Source: Nemertoderma westbladi (lineage: Eukaryota; Animalia; Xenacoelomorpha). Taken from it: a DNA stretch of 64,000 bases. The stretch covers positions 32,540 to 96,539 of the forward strand of contig JAUCBJ010002835.1 in NCBI GenBank assembly GCA_032718475.1. The letters are read 5' to 3'. The notes under the pieces were generated by a model. The model had not been told where the DNA came from. It made no database searches and saw only the letters and a program-made list of their open reading frames with translations. The translations under genes were made by a program, and so were the position numbers. The number at the start of each line of letters is the position of its first letter. The first letter of the stretch is position 1. This document shows positions 1 to 11,900 of this stretch, piece by piece.

Positions 1-684
1 AGGAAAAAAGTGGGGGAAATCCAAAACTATTTCGCAATTCATCCCAATCAAATTTTCTTCATTATACTTTTTACAAAGTTGCTAATTCCCCAAAAAACCG
101 TCTTAAAAATCTATGCGATCATGTTGCATTCCTTGGCAACGTGGATTTTAGTATTTTACATAGCAACCAAGAAGCTTGGAGCTAAGGTAGGCCTGCTAAG
201 GAGCTTGGTAAGATTGAGATATTTCCCATATTTTGTGAAAACAAACTTTACTCCAATGACTATCGATTAACTGAACTACAGTATACACTATTAGGCCTAC
301 ATACTGTAGTTACCAATTTAGTTTCCGAAGCAAAGGAAATTTGACAAATTATGTAACCATTTTTTGTTAAACTATCGAAATTGTCGGTTTAAGTATGCGC
401 GCGAAGCCAATTTTGAAAATCGGATGTGAATGGCTATTACAGATATAACATCAGAAGTCGGCCATCGTTAATAATAAATGAATTGGTTTATTAATATCAC
501 CTGGCAGGTGGCAGCAATACTCGAGCTGAATATTTATTTATTTGTACTTCCCTCCTGTTTCACTCTAACATCTTGAGGCCGGTAGGTCCGCTGTTAGAGA
601 TGGATATGCAACTTAAGACTGCCTGTTCAATAGAAGTGGATTAGGTGGGATAGTGAATGTCAGGGACAAGTCGCTGTACTGGTT

Positions 685-730
685 AGCGCTACTGATGAGG
701 CCTGATAGGGTGAAACGTACGTATAGCGCT
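685..730 (+). ncRNA. Minimal type I hammerhead ribozyme (Penelope-like element/retrozyme type)
   Basis: Stem I AGCGCTA (685-691)/TAGCGCT (724-730); core CTGATGA (692-698); imperfect stem II GGCCT-GAT-AGGGT; GAAA (712-715); palindromic stem III ACGTACGT; cleavage triplet GTA (721-723). Confidence 0.7.
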
Positions 731-2311
731 GGTTCAACCCCCGGTGACGCGCTTTCTCATTTTTTCAATTTCTGAACAAAACCATAATATTACATCGTTA
801 ATAATATCAACAATCAGTTAAATATAATCATATGCGAAATAACTTACGAAATAAATAAAACTTGCTGGAATACAGTAGTGTCGTAATTAAGTTATGCCAT
901 GACCCCCTCCCCATATTTTTATATTTTTAAGTCTTAATTAGATCGCATGAAATTAGTTTCCATCTCCCTCCTCCTTGCTGGGTGAGCCAGAACTTTGATT
1001 TTACTTTCATTCTTAGCTACAAGCGTTTGAAAAAGGTGTCTCCGTCAATATTACACCAGTCTTCAACCTTATAGTGATTTTCGGTTGGCCTACTTTTAGA
1101 AAGCTGGCTATGCAAAACAGTAACCCTAATAGGGCAACAAACGAGCTGTGAAAAACAATAATATTCGATTCTAGGGGAAACTTAGATGCGGCCATAGATC
1201 CTAGATACCAACTTAGAACCGCTGGTTGCGATTTGCAGGTGCGACCTTAGATCCTAGATTTGCGAAATTGTTAGCCTCAATAATATTTTTAATGTTTACG
1301 ACAGCAATTGAAGTTGAATCAATTTTCCTTGCTTTGATATAGACCCATTATTTATTTGTGTACGACAACTTTATAGGCCTACATGTTTATGTATTAATCA
1401 CCCCCCCCCCCCCCCCCCCCCTATTTAAATTTGAAAAATATGGCAGTTTTTGTATATTGTAATTTTTTAGAGATTTTACTTTACTATTGAAGGACAGGAC
1501 AGTGTTTGTGTTATATGTTTTCAGCTTTTCACCTTATGTAATATTATTAAACGATCCTATGCCTTTCTTTATTACTACAATAACTCTTCCGACAACATAC
1601 GTTTTATATACTGTGTAGTAATAATATGTATTATACTGTACGACCATTTGGTATCATCAATAAAGCTCCAGATGTCATATTCAGTTTGTATTGCATTGTC
1701 TGAGTTTAGGGTTGGGCTCTGGTAATAGCTTAATCTCTATAGGTTGTCAGTACAATTCCGTTTGGAGTAAGGAACTACAGTATGCAGCTAACTACAACTA
1801 CAGTATAATACCACACCATTGAAATCGTCTAATGATAATTTATGTCACAAAGTCATCCCATTGAACCCTCAACCATTCAGGCTTACAAACTTGTTATGCA
1901 TATTGAGTTGATTGTTATCAATAATTAAAACTCAAAGTCAGGCGTGCCTTTGCCTTGCCATTTACTGTTGATGTTACTGTGATATGAGTAGCCGCGCCGC
2001 TGTACTGGTAGTACAAATACATCTTGCTCATACTCATAACAGCATAAACTCATATCCGCATAAATATTATGACATACCGGCTGACAGGTATTACAGTATT
2101 ATTCTTAATTCCAAGGTCATTTCGTATAAATATACTGTAATATAAAGTTGTAAGTTACCGGTAGGCCTACTTGTTTTGAAGGATATATACAGCTCTATCC
2201 CAATATCCTATAGGCCTAACTGCTGAACTGTCAGACTGTATATCACTGTATCACTATATGTAATGCCTGAATGCTGGATTGCTGGCTGACTTATCAATCC
2301 ACAATCTGATA

Positions 2312-3721
2312 ATGGGACATTCTCAATCGTTATTGTCAAAAAAAGTAGTTGAACATGAAAATGTGTTTACAGCAGAAGAACTTCAACGTTTGAAATGTAA
2401 TTTTGATTCGATTGCAACATCATCCGATGAGTTGCCCGATAAATGTATTCCCTATGAGAAGTTTGTTGATAAATTTAGCGCTAATGCTGGCGGCATATTC
2501 GGTGGCTTTCTCAAACAGATCATTGTATGTCAGTCTCATCTCGCCCATGATTATAAAGAGCTGGTAGGTTTGGAATCAGCCGGTCATCATGGCCATTTCG
2601 TTAGCTGGTCCGCCTATATCATTACCGTCGCGAAACTCCTCAAACTCTCCTCAACCGAAACCTCAACCAAACTGTTACGCAACAGTGTTCGTTGTGAGGA
2701 AACCGGCGATGCCCTAAATCATTCCAGTTTACTCGACGTTGTAACACAAATAGTCGATGATAGCTACGAGATCTACAAAGATTGCGGGTTACTTAACCAC
2801 TGGGAAGTAACTTCCGATAAGAATTGTAGTAAAGGTTTGGCCGAGTTCATCCTCAAGCAGTTGGTAACTTCGGAGAACACAGATGTGGTAGACCTGAGTT
2901 TGGTTAACTGCGCCAACAGTTTCCTTCTTCAAACTCTAATAACCATTACGGTTGCCAAAGTGACGGACATGGGGGTTGCTAAGAATCCCTTACCTACATG
3001 CCAAGTTTATCGACCTGGTTTCTGGAAACAGGGATCTCTTCTAGACTTCCCTTCACTCTTGCTGCTGTCTTCATCCCTAGAATCAAAGTTTAACAAGAAT
3101 TGGCGTCTTTTATTCACCACTCGTTTTGATGGAGAGAGTTTTACTGGTCTACTGAAGCGCATCCAGAACCAGGGACCCACATTGCTGATCGTGCGAGACA
3201 CCCACGGCTGGGTATTCGGCGCCTTCGCCAGCAAACCCTGGCTCAGCCATCCCCAATTCCGCGGCGACGCCAACTGCTTCCTCTTCTCGCTGTCCCCGAC
3301 TACGGGGGTCTACAACGCGACCGGCTACAACGAGCACTACATGTACCTGGACCACGGACAGGAGACCCTCCCGAACGGACTCGGCTTGGGCGGCCAGTTC
3401 GAGTACTTCGGTTTCTGGTTGTCGTCCCATTTCGGTAGTGGACACTCCCGCTGTAACCCCACCAACACCACCTTCGGGAGTCCCCAACTCAGCAAAGATA
3501 CCTACTTCGATATAGAAGTTCTTGAGGTCTGGGCAGTTTCTGAGGAAGTTAAGCCAACCGAGGGCGCCCATGCCAGCGTTCTCGATAGCAACAAGGATAT
3601 TCAGGCTATCCTCGACATCGCAGGACGAAGTCGGGTCAGTGAAGGGTTCCGCCCCGAAGATCGGAAACATCCGGAGATCCATGAACCGGTTACCGGAGAT
3701 GCCGTCGCTTCACTCCACTAG
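2312..3721 (+). CDS. MEAK7: TLDc-domain protein MEAK7/TLDC1-like, single coding exon
   Basis: ATG at 2312 gives an MGHSQS myristoylation-type N-terminus. C-terminal TLDc domain: WRLLFTTRFDGESF, GPTLLIVRDTHGWVFGAFAS, GDANCFLFSLSP, PNGLGLGGQFEYFGFWL, EVWAV. Confidence 0.9.
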   Translation: MGHSQSLLSKKVVEHENVFTAEELQRLKCNFDSIATSSDELPDKCIPYEKFVDKFSANAGGIFGGFLKQIIVCQSHLAHDYKELVGLESAGHHGHFVSWSAYIITVAKLLKLSSTETSTKLLRNSVRCEETGDALNHSSLLDVVTQIVDDSYEIYKDCGLLNHWEVTSDKNCSKGLAEFILKQLVTSENTDVVDLSLVNCANSFLLQTLITITVAKVTDMGVAKNPLPTCQVYRPGFWKQGSLLDFPSLLLLSSSLESKFNKNWRLLFTTRFDGESFTGLLKRIQNQGPTLLIVRDTHGWVFGAFASKPWLSHPQFRGDANCFLFSLSPTTGVYNATGYNEHYMYLDHGQETLPNGLGLGGQFEYFGFWLSSHFGSGHSRCNPTNTTFGSPQLSKDTYFDIEVLEVWAVSEEVKPTEGAHASVLDSNKDIQAILDIAGRSRVSEGFRPEDRKHPEIHEPVTGDAVASLH

Positions 3722-4068
3722 GCCCATCAATGTCTGTCTCGATCCATCATTAACCGCTAATTATACTTTGTTTACCCAGCAGTCACCTTAGGAACTCAGC
3801 AATAATAGGCTACATGTTGCGCTGTCTGCCTGTAATTGGTGGAGATTGTTTGTGCTAATTTATAGTTTCGTAAACAGTTCATCACTGAATGTCGGATTGA
3901 ATTCTTAATTAATTGTTGTAAAGTTATTAATAATTATTTATTCCAAAATTGTAACATCCTCTTACTCAACGCCGTTAGTATTAACAGCGAGTTGTTATTT
4001 AGCACTTTACAACTTTAGAGGACATTACAGCATTGTATTGGCCTGTACATTTAGTATTGTATTGGTGT

Positions 4069-4157
4069 TATTGTTTACGTGGTAACCCTGACGGCGTTAA
4101 GTAATGTCCACTAAGGGGACATTACTTAACGCCGTCATGGTTACCACGTAAACAATA
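4069..4157. repeat. 89-bp near-perfect palindrome (hairpin MITE-like) flanked by GGTGT direct repeats
   Basis: TATTGTTTACGTGGTAACCCTGACGGCGTTAAGTAATGTCC pairs with GGACATTACTTAACGCCGTCATGGTTACCACGTAAACAATA; GGTGT at 4064-4068 and 4158-4162. Confidence 0.85.
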
Positions 4158-4431
4158 GGTGTAAATTTGCCTGACAGCCAGTTAGGCCTACTGCATTACC
4201 TACCGGTAGGCGGGGTATAGCTATTAATAACCAGTAGGGCCTAGCTATATTATTATAACATGGCTCCAAACGCCACCATAAATATAAGCTAACTTATTTA
4301 TAACATAATTTATGTAATTTTTACATTTATTTATACGGCAACTAATATAATTTGTGCAGTTTCTATCACTTATACCGGTAATATATATATACAATCATTT
4401 CGTAATGTTACAATTTTGGAATAAACTACAA

Positions 4432-4564
4432 ACATACTTGTTGCAAAGTACTTTACAGTGTTCTGATCATCGTGGCTTTATTTTCACTCACTCGAACGTT
4501 CGTTCGTGTAACAAAGCCACTCGGATCATCACACTGTAAAGTGCTACTTTACACACAAGTATGT
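4432..4564. repeat. Degenerate long hairpin, probable non-autonomous DNA element relic
   Basis: Nested complementary blocks ACATACTTG/CAAGTATGT, TTTACAGTG/CACTGTAAA, TGATC/GATCA, GTGGCTTT/AAAGCCAC. Confidence 0.6.
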
Positions 4565-5933
4565 AAATAGTTATTACTCTCTTATTAACTACACGCATTT
4601 TATTTTATAAGAAACATAATATACTATCCAAGAGCCCGTGGTCCATCTTAATTTTTTTCGATTTGATGGCTTAGTTCTTAAAAGTTTTTTAAATTGTTGT
4701 TTTGTTAGTGCGATGGGGGAGGGGGGGGGGGGGGGGGCTGGGCTTGATACAAATCCAATCTCGGCGAATTAATATCTCGCATCAATGTTAAATGATAAAT
4801 TAAGGTAACGTAAATGAGCATGTTACAGGTGCACGGCACGTTATTCTAACCAAAACAATAAACCAAAGTCATAAAGTCAATAGAACGTGTTATAGTTTTA
4901 TTTTGAGATTAATCATCAGTTATTTGCATCGATTTTCCTATAAAGAAGGATTGCTGATCGCGTCGAAAGCCCCCATCTGTACGTGTAATGTTCGTCCATC
5001 TACTTATACTCTGTAGTCACTTGCATTGTATTCTGAATTTTAGTTGCAGTAAATATGAATTCTATATTATTCTGTGTATATGAATTGGTTGAAATAATTA
5101 TAAGGGCTCTTGTTTTCCCTGATAGGGGGGACTTAATTTGTTTCGGGGTCAGTTTCTTTATATTGTTTCTTATAAAAAAAATGAGTGTATTAACTTACGA
5201 TTATCTATAATTTATCATTAACTGCAACTTCAATAAAGTTAATGGGAGTTTTAGAGTGAATCTCAATTCCGGAATTACAACGCCGACATTCATAATTGAT
5301 CATTCATAATATTGTTAATATCATAATTTTAATATTGTTTACGTACAGTAAATAATTTATTTGCTGCAGTTCTAAATTGTATTCGAACATCTAAAGATTA
5401 TTTGACGATAAACGTATTTACTATTAAAAGAATTCAAGTCTATTACTCAGTTCGTTGGATGAGGGTTGGTTCGCGTAGTTAGGGGAGTGTTGTTGTTTAG
5501 GCGTGAGGGGTCGGGGGGGGGGGGGGGGGGGGGGGTCTATGAGTTTGGCTTTCTTGTCACTTCGATACCGGTAGGAAACAATCTCTCGGATTTGTTCAGT
5601 AAAAAATTTGTTGTTTGAAATCTGTATCTTGGCATCCATCCTTCACGACATTGAATACTGGAAATGTATTGATGAAATAGATTCATCTATGTCAGTAAAC
5701 CTCCAGTTATAAATTTTAAATTCATCTTTATTATTTTATCTTACTAATATTTCAGCTGTGTAATGTCAACTACCTTGATAGTATAAAGATGGGATAGCAC
5801 AGATTTGGACCAAATTTTCAAAATTTCTGATTTTTTATTTTAAATTTATAACTTAAGCAGAATTTAATGAGGATTTTAAATCTGAAACGTCTAAGAGATG
5901 CTTTTTTAGTTCTCGAGTTTTCGCTGTCTGTCC

Positions 5934-8900
5934 GCCTGCCAGTACGTTCCTTAAACAGACCACTGACCACTACTACTACTATAATCGGCCTGCCAGTACG
6001 TTCCTTAAACAGACCACTAACTACTATAATCGGCCTGCCAGTATGTTCCTTAAACAGACCACTGACCACTACTACTACTATAATCGGCCTGCCAGTACGT
6101 TCCTTAAACAGACCCCTGACCACTACTACTATAATCGGCCTGCCAGTATGTTCCTTAAACAGACCCCTGACCACCACTACTATAATCGGCCTGCCAGTAT
6201 GTTCCTTAAACAGACCACTGACCACTACTACTATAATCGGCCTGCCAGTACGTTCCTTAAACAGACCACTGCCACTACTACTATAATCGGCCTGCCAGTA
6301 CGTTCCTTAAACAGACCACTGACCACTACTACTATAATCGGCCTGCCAGTATGTTCCTTAAACAGACCCTGACCACTACTACTATAATCGGCCTGCCAGT
6401 ATGTTCCTTAAACAGACCCCTGACCACTACTACTATAATCGGCCTGCCAGTATGTTCCTTAAACAGACCACTGACCACTACTACTATAATCGGCCTGCCA
6501 GTACGTTCCTTAAACAGACCACTGACCACTACTACTATAATCGGCCTGCCAGTACGTTCCTTAAACAGACCCCTGACCACTACTACTATAATCGGCCTGC
6601 CAGTATGTTCCTTAAACAGACCCCTGACCACTACTACTATAATCGGCCTGCCAGTATGTTCCTTAAACAGACCACTGACCACTACTACTATAATCGGCCT
6701 GCCAGTACGTTCCTTAAACAGACCACTGACCACTACTACTATAATCGGCCTGCCAGTACGTTCCTTAAACAGACCCCTGACCACTACTACTATAATCGGC
6801 CTGCCAGTATGTTCCTTAAACAGACCACTGACCACTACTACTATAATCGGCCTGCCAGTACGTTCCTTAAACAGACCACTGACCACTACTACTATAATCG
6901 GCCTGCCAGTACGTTCCTTAAACAGACCCCTGACCACTACTACTATAATCGGCCTGCCAGTATGTTCCTTAAACAGACCACTGACCACTACTACTATAAT
7001 CGGCCTGCCAGTATGTTCCTTAAACAGACCCCTGACCACTACTACTATAATCGGCCTGCCAGTATGTTCCTTAAACAGACCACTGACCACTACTACTATA
7101 ATCGGCCTGCCAGTACGTTCCTTAAACAGACCACTGACCACTACTACTATAATCGGCCTGCCAGTACGTTCCTTAAACAGACCCCTGACCACTACTACTA
7201 TAATCGGCCTGCCAGTATGTTCCTTAAACAGACCACTGACCACTACTACTACTATAATCGGCCTGCCAGTATGTTCCTTAAACAGACCACTGACCACTAC
7301 TACTATAATCGGCCTGCCAGTACGTTCCTTAAACAGACCACTGACCACTAACTACTATAATCGGCCTGCCAGTACGTTCCTTAAACAGACCACTGACCAC
7401 TAACTACTATAATCGGCCTGCCAGTATGTTCCTTAAACAGACCACCACTACTATAATCGGCCTGCCAGTATGTTCCTTAAACAGACCCCTGACCACTACT
7501 ACTATAATCGGCCTGCCAGTATGTTCCTTAAACAGACCACTGACCACCACTACTATAATCGGCCTACCAGTACGTTCCTTAAACAGACCACTGACCACCA
7601 CTACTATAATCGGCCTGCCAGTACGTTCCTTAAACAGACCCCTGACCACTACTACTATAATCGGCCTGCCAGTATGTTCCTTAAACAGACCACTGACCAC
7701 TACTACTATAATCGGCCTGCCAGTACGTTCCTTAAACAGACCACTGACCACTACTACTATAATCGGCCTGCCAGTACGTTCCTTAAACAGACCCCTGACC
7801 ACTACTACTATAATCGGCCTGCCAGTATGTTCCTTAAACAGACCACTGACCACTACTACTATAATCGGCCTGCCAGTATGTTCCTTAAACAGACCCCTGA
7901 CCACTACTACTATAATCGGCCTGCCAGTATGTTCCTTAAACAGACCACTGACCACTACTACTATAATCGGCCTGCCAGTACGTTCCTTAAACAGACCACT
8001 GACCACTACTACTATAATCGGCCTGCCAGTACGTTCCTTAAACAGACCCCTGACCACTACTACTATAATCGGCCTGCCAGTATGTTCCTTAAACAGACCA
8101 CTGACCACTACTACTACTATAATCGGCCTGCCAGTATGTTCCTTAAACAGACCACTGACCACTACTACTATAATCGGCCTGCCAGTACGTTCCTTAAACA
8201 GACCACTGACCACTAACTACTATAATCGGCCTGCCAGTACGTTCCTTAAACAGACCACTGACCACTAACTACTATAATCGGCCTGCCAGTATGTTCCTTA
8301 AACAGACCACCACTACTATAATCGGCCTGCCAGTATGTTCCTTAAACAGACCCCTGACCACTACTACTATAATCGGCCTGCCAGTATGTTCCTTAAACAG
8401 ACCACTGACCACCACTACTATAATCGGCCTACCAGTACGTTCCTTAAACAGACCACTGACCACCACTACTATAATCGGCCTGCCAGTACGTTCCTTAAAC
8501 AGACCCCTGACCACTACTACTATAATCGGCCTGCCAGTATGTTCCTTAAACAGACCACTGACCACTACTACTATAATCGGCCTGCCAGTACGTTCCTTAA
8601 ACAGACCACTGACCACTACTACTATAATCGGCCTGCCAGTACGTTCCTTAAACAGACCCCTGACCACTACTACTATAATCGGCCTGCCAGTATGTTCCTT
8701 AAACAGACCACTGACCACTACTACTATAATCGGCCTGCCAGTATGTTCCTTAAACAGACCACTGACCACTACTACTATAATCGGCCTGCCAGTACGTTCC
8801 TTAAACAGACCACTGACCACTAACTACTATAATCGGCCTGCCAGTACGTTCCTTAAACAGACCACTGACCACTAACTACTATAATCGGCCTGCCAGTATG

Positions 8901-11900
8901 TTCCTTAAACAGACCACCACTACTATAATCGGCCTGCCAGTATGTTCCTTAAACAGACCCCTGACCACTACTACTATAATCGGCCTGCCAGTATGTTCCT
9001 TAAACAGACCACTGACCACCACTACTATAATCGGCCTGCCAGTACGTTCCTTAAACAGACCACTGACCACCACTACTATAATCGGCCTGCCAGTACGTTC
9101 CTTAAACAGACCCCTGACCACTACTACTATAATCGGCCTGCCAGTATGTTCCTTAAACAGACCACTGACCACTACTACTACTATAATCGGCCTGCCAGTA
9201 TGTTCCTTAAACAGACCACTGACCACTACTACTATAATCGGCCTGCCAGTACGTTCCTTAAACAGACCACTGACCACTAACTACTATAATCGGCCTGCCA
9301 GTACGTTCCTTAAACAGACCACTGACCACTAACTACTATAATCGGCCTGCCAGTATGTTCCTTAAACAGACCACCACTACTATAATCGGCCTGCCAGTAT
9401 GTTCCTTAAACAGACCCCTGACCACTACTACTATAATCGGCCTGCCAGTATGTTCCTTAAACAGACCACTGACCACCACTACTATAATCGGCCTACCAGT
9501 ACGTTCCTTAAACAGACCACTGACCACCACTACTATAATCGGCCTGCCAGTACGTTCCTTAAACAGACCCCTGACCACTACTACTATAATCGGCCTGCCA
9601 GTATGTTCCTTAAACAGACCACTGACCACTACTACTATAATCGGCCTGCCAGTACGTTCCTTAAACAGACCCCTGACCACTACTACTATAATCGGCCTGC
9701 CAGTATGTTCCTTAAACAGACCCCTGACCACTACTACTATAATCGGCCTGCCAGTATGTTCCTTAAACAGACCACTGACCACTACTACTATAATCGGCCT
9801 GCCAGTATGTTCCTTAAACAGACCCCTGACCACTACTACTATAACCGGCCTGCCAGTACGTTCCTTAAACAGACCACTGACCACTAACTACTATAATCGG
9901 CCTGCCAGTGCGTTCCTTAAACAGACCACCACTACTATAATCGGCCTGCCAGTATGTTCCTTAAACAGACCCCTGACCACTACTACTATAATCGGCCTGC
10001 CAGTATGTTCCTTAAACAGACCACTGAACTATAATCGGCCTGCCAGTACGTTCCTTAAACAGACCCCTGACCACTACTACTATAATCGGCCTGCCAGTAT
10101 GTTCCTTAAACAGACCACTGACCACTACTACTATAATCGGCCTGCCAGTATGTTCCTTAAACAGACCACTGACCACTACTACTATAATCGGCCTGCCACT
10201 ATGTTCCTTAAACAGACCACTGACCACTACTACTATAATCGGCCTGCCAGTATGTTCCTTAAACAGACCCCTGACCACCACTACTATAATCGGCCTGCCA
10301 GTATGTTCCTTAAACAGACCACTGACCACTACTACTATAATCGGCCTGCCAGTACGTTTCTTAAACAGACCACTGACCACTAACTACTATAATCGGCCTG
10401 CCAGTACGTTCCTTAAACAGACCACCACTACTATAATCGGCCTGCTAGTATGTTCCTTAAACAGACCCCTGACCACTACTACTATAATCGGCCTGCCAGT
10501 ATGTTCCTTAAACAGACCACTGACCACCACTACTATAATCGGCCTGCTAGTATGTTCCTTAAACAGACCCCTGACCACTACTACTATAATCGGCCTGCCA
10601 GTATGTTCCTTAAACAGACCACTGACCACCACTACTATAATCGGCCTGCCAGTACGTTCCTTAAACAGACCACTGACCACCACTACTATAATCGGCCTGC
10701 CAGTACGTTCCTTAAACAGACCCCTGACCACCACTACTATAATCGGCCTGCCAGTATGTTCCTTAAACAGACCACTGACCACTACTACTATAATCGGCCT
10801 GCCAGTACGTTCCTTAAACAGACCACTGACCACTAACTACTATAATCGGCCTGCCAGTACGTTCCTTAAACAGACCACCACTACTATAATCGGCCTGCTA
10901 GTATGTTCCTTAAACAGACCCCTGACCACTACTACTATAATCGGCCTGCCAGTACGTTCCTTAAACAGACCACTGACCACTACTACTACTATAATCGGCC
11001 TGCCAGTATGTTCCTTAAACAGACCCCTGACCACTACTACTATAATCGGCCTGCCAGTATGTTCCTTAAACAGACCACTGACCACCACTACTATAATCGG
11101 CCTACCAGTACGTTCTTCCTTAAACAGACCACTGACCACCACTACTATAATCGGCCTGCCAGTACGTTCCTTAAACAGACCCCTGACCACTACTACTATA
11201 ATCGGCCTGCCGGTATGTTCCTTAAACAGACCACTGATCACTACTACTATAATCGGCCTGCCAGTACGTTCCTTAAACAGACCCCTGACCACTACTACTA
11301 TAATCGGCCTGCCAGTATGTTCCTTAAACAGACCCCTGACCACTACTACTATAATCGGCCTGCCAGTATGTTCCTTAAACAGACCACTGACCACTACTAC
11401 TATAATCGGCCTGCCAGTATGTTCCTTAAACAGACCCCTGACCACTACTACTATAACCGGCCTGCCAGTACGTTCCTTAAACAGACCACTGACCACTAAC
11501 TACTATAATCGGCCTGCCAGTGCGTTCCTTAAACAGACCACCACTACTATAATCGGCCTGCCAGTATGTTCCTTAAACAGACCCCTGACCACTACTACTA
11601 TAATCGGCCTGCCAGTATGTTCCTTAAACAGACCACTGAACTATAATCGGCCTGCCAGTACGTTCCTTAAACAGACCCCTGACCACTACTACTATAATCG
11701 GCCTGCCAGTATGTTCCTTAAACAGACCACTGACCACTACTACTATAATCGGCCTGCCAGTATGTTCCTTAAACAGACCACTGACCACTACTACTATAAT
11801 CGGCCTGCCACTATGTTCCTTAAACAGACCACTGACCACTACTACTATAATCGGCCTGCCAGTATGTTCCTTAAACAGACCCCTGACCACCACTACTATA

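Noticed and set aside
3007-3791. Antisense and alternative-frame ORFs over MEAK7 (likewise over the M13 gene, RPLP2, ZNF330 and the CYP)
   Set aside because: Shadow ORFs of real coding sequence with no recognisable motifs.
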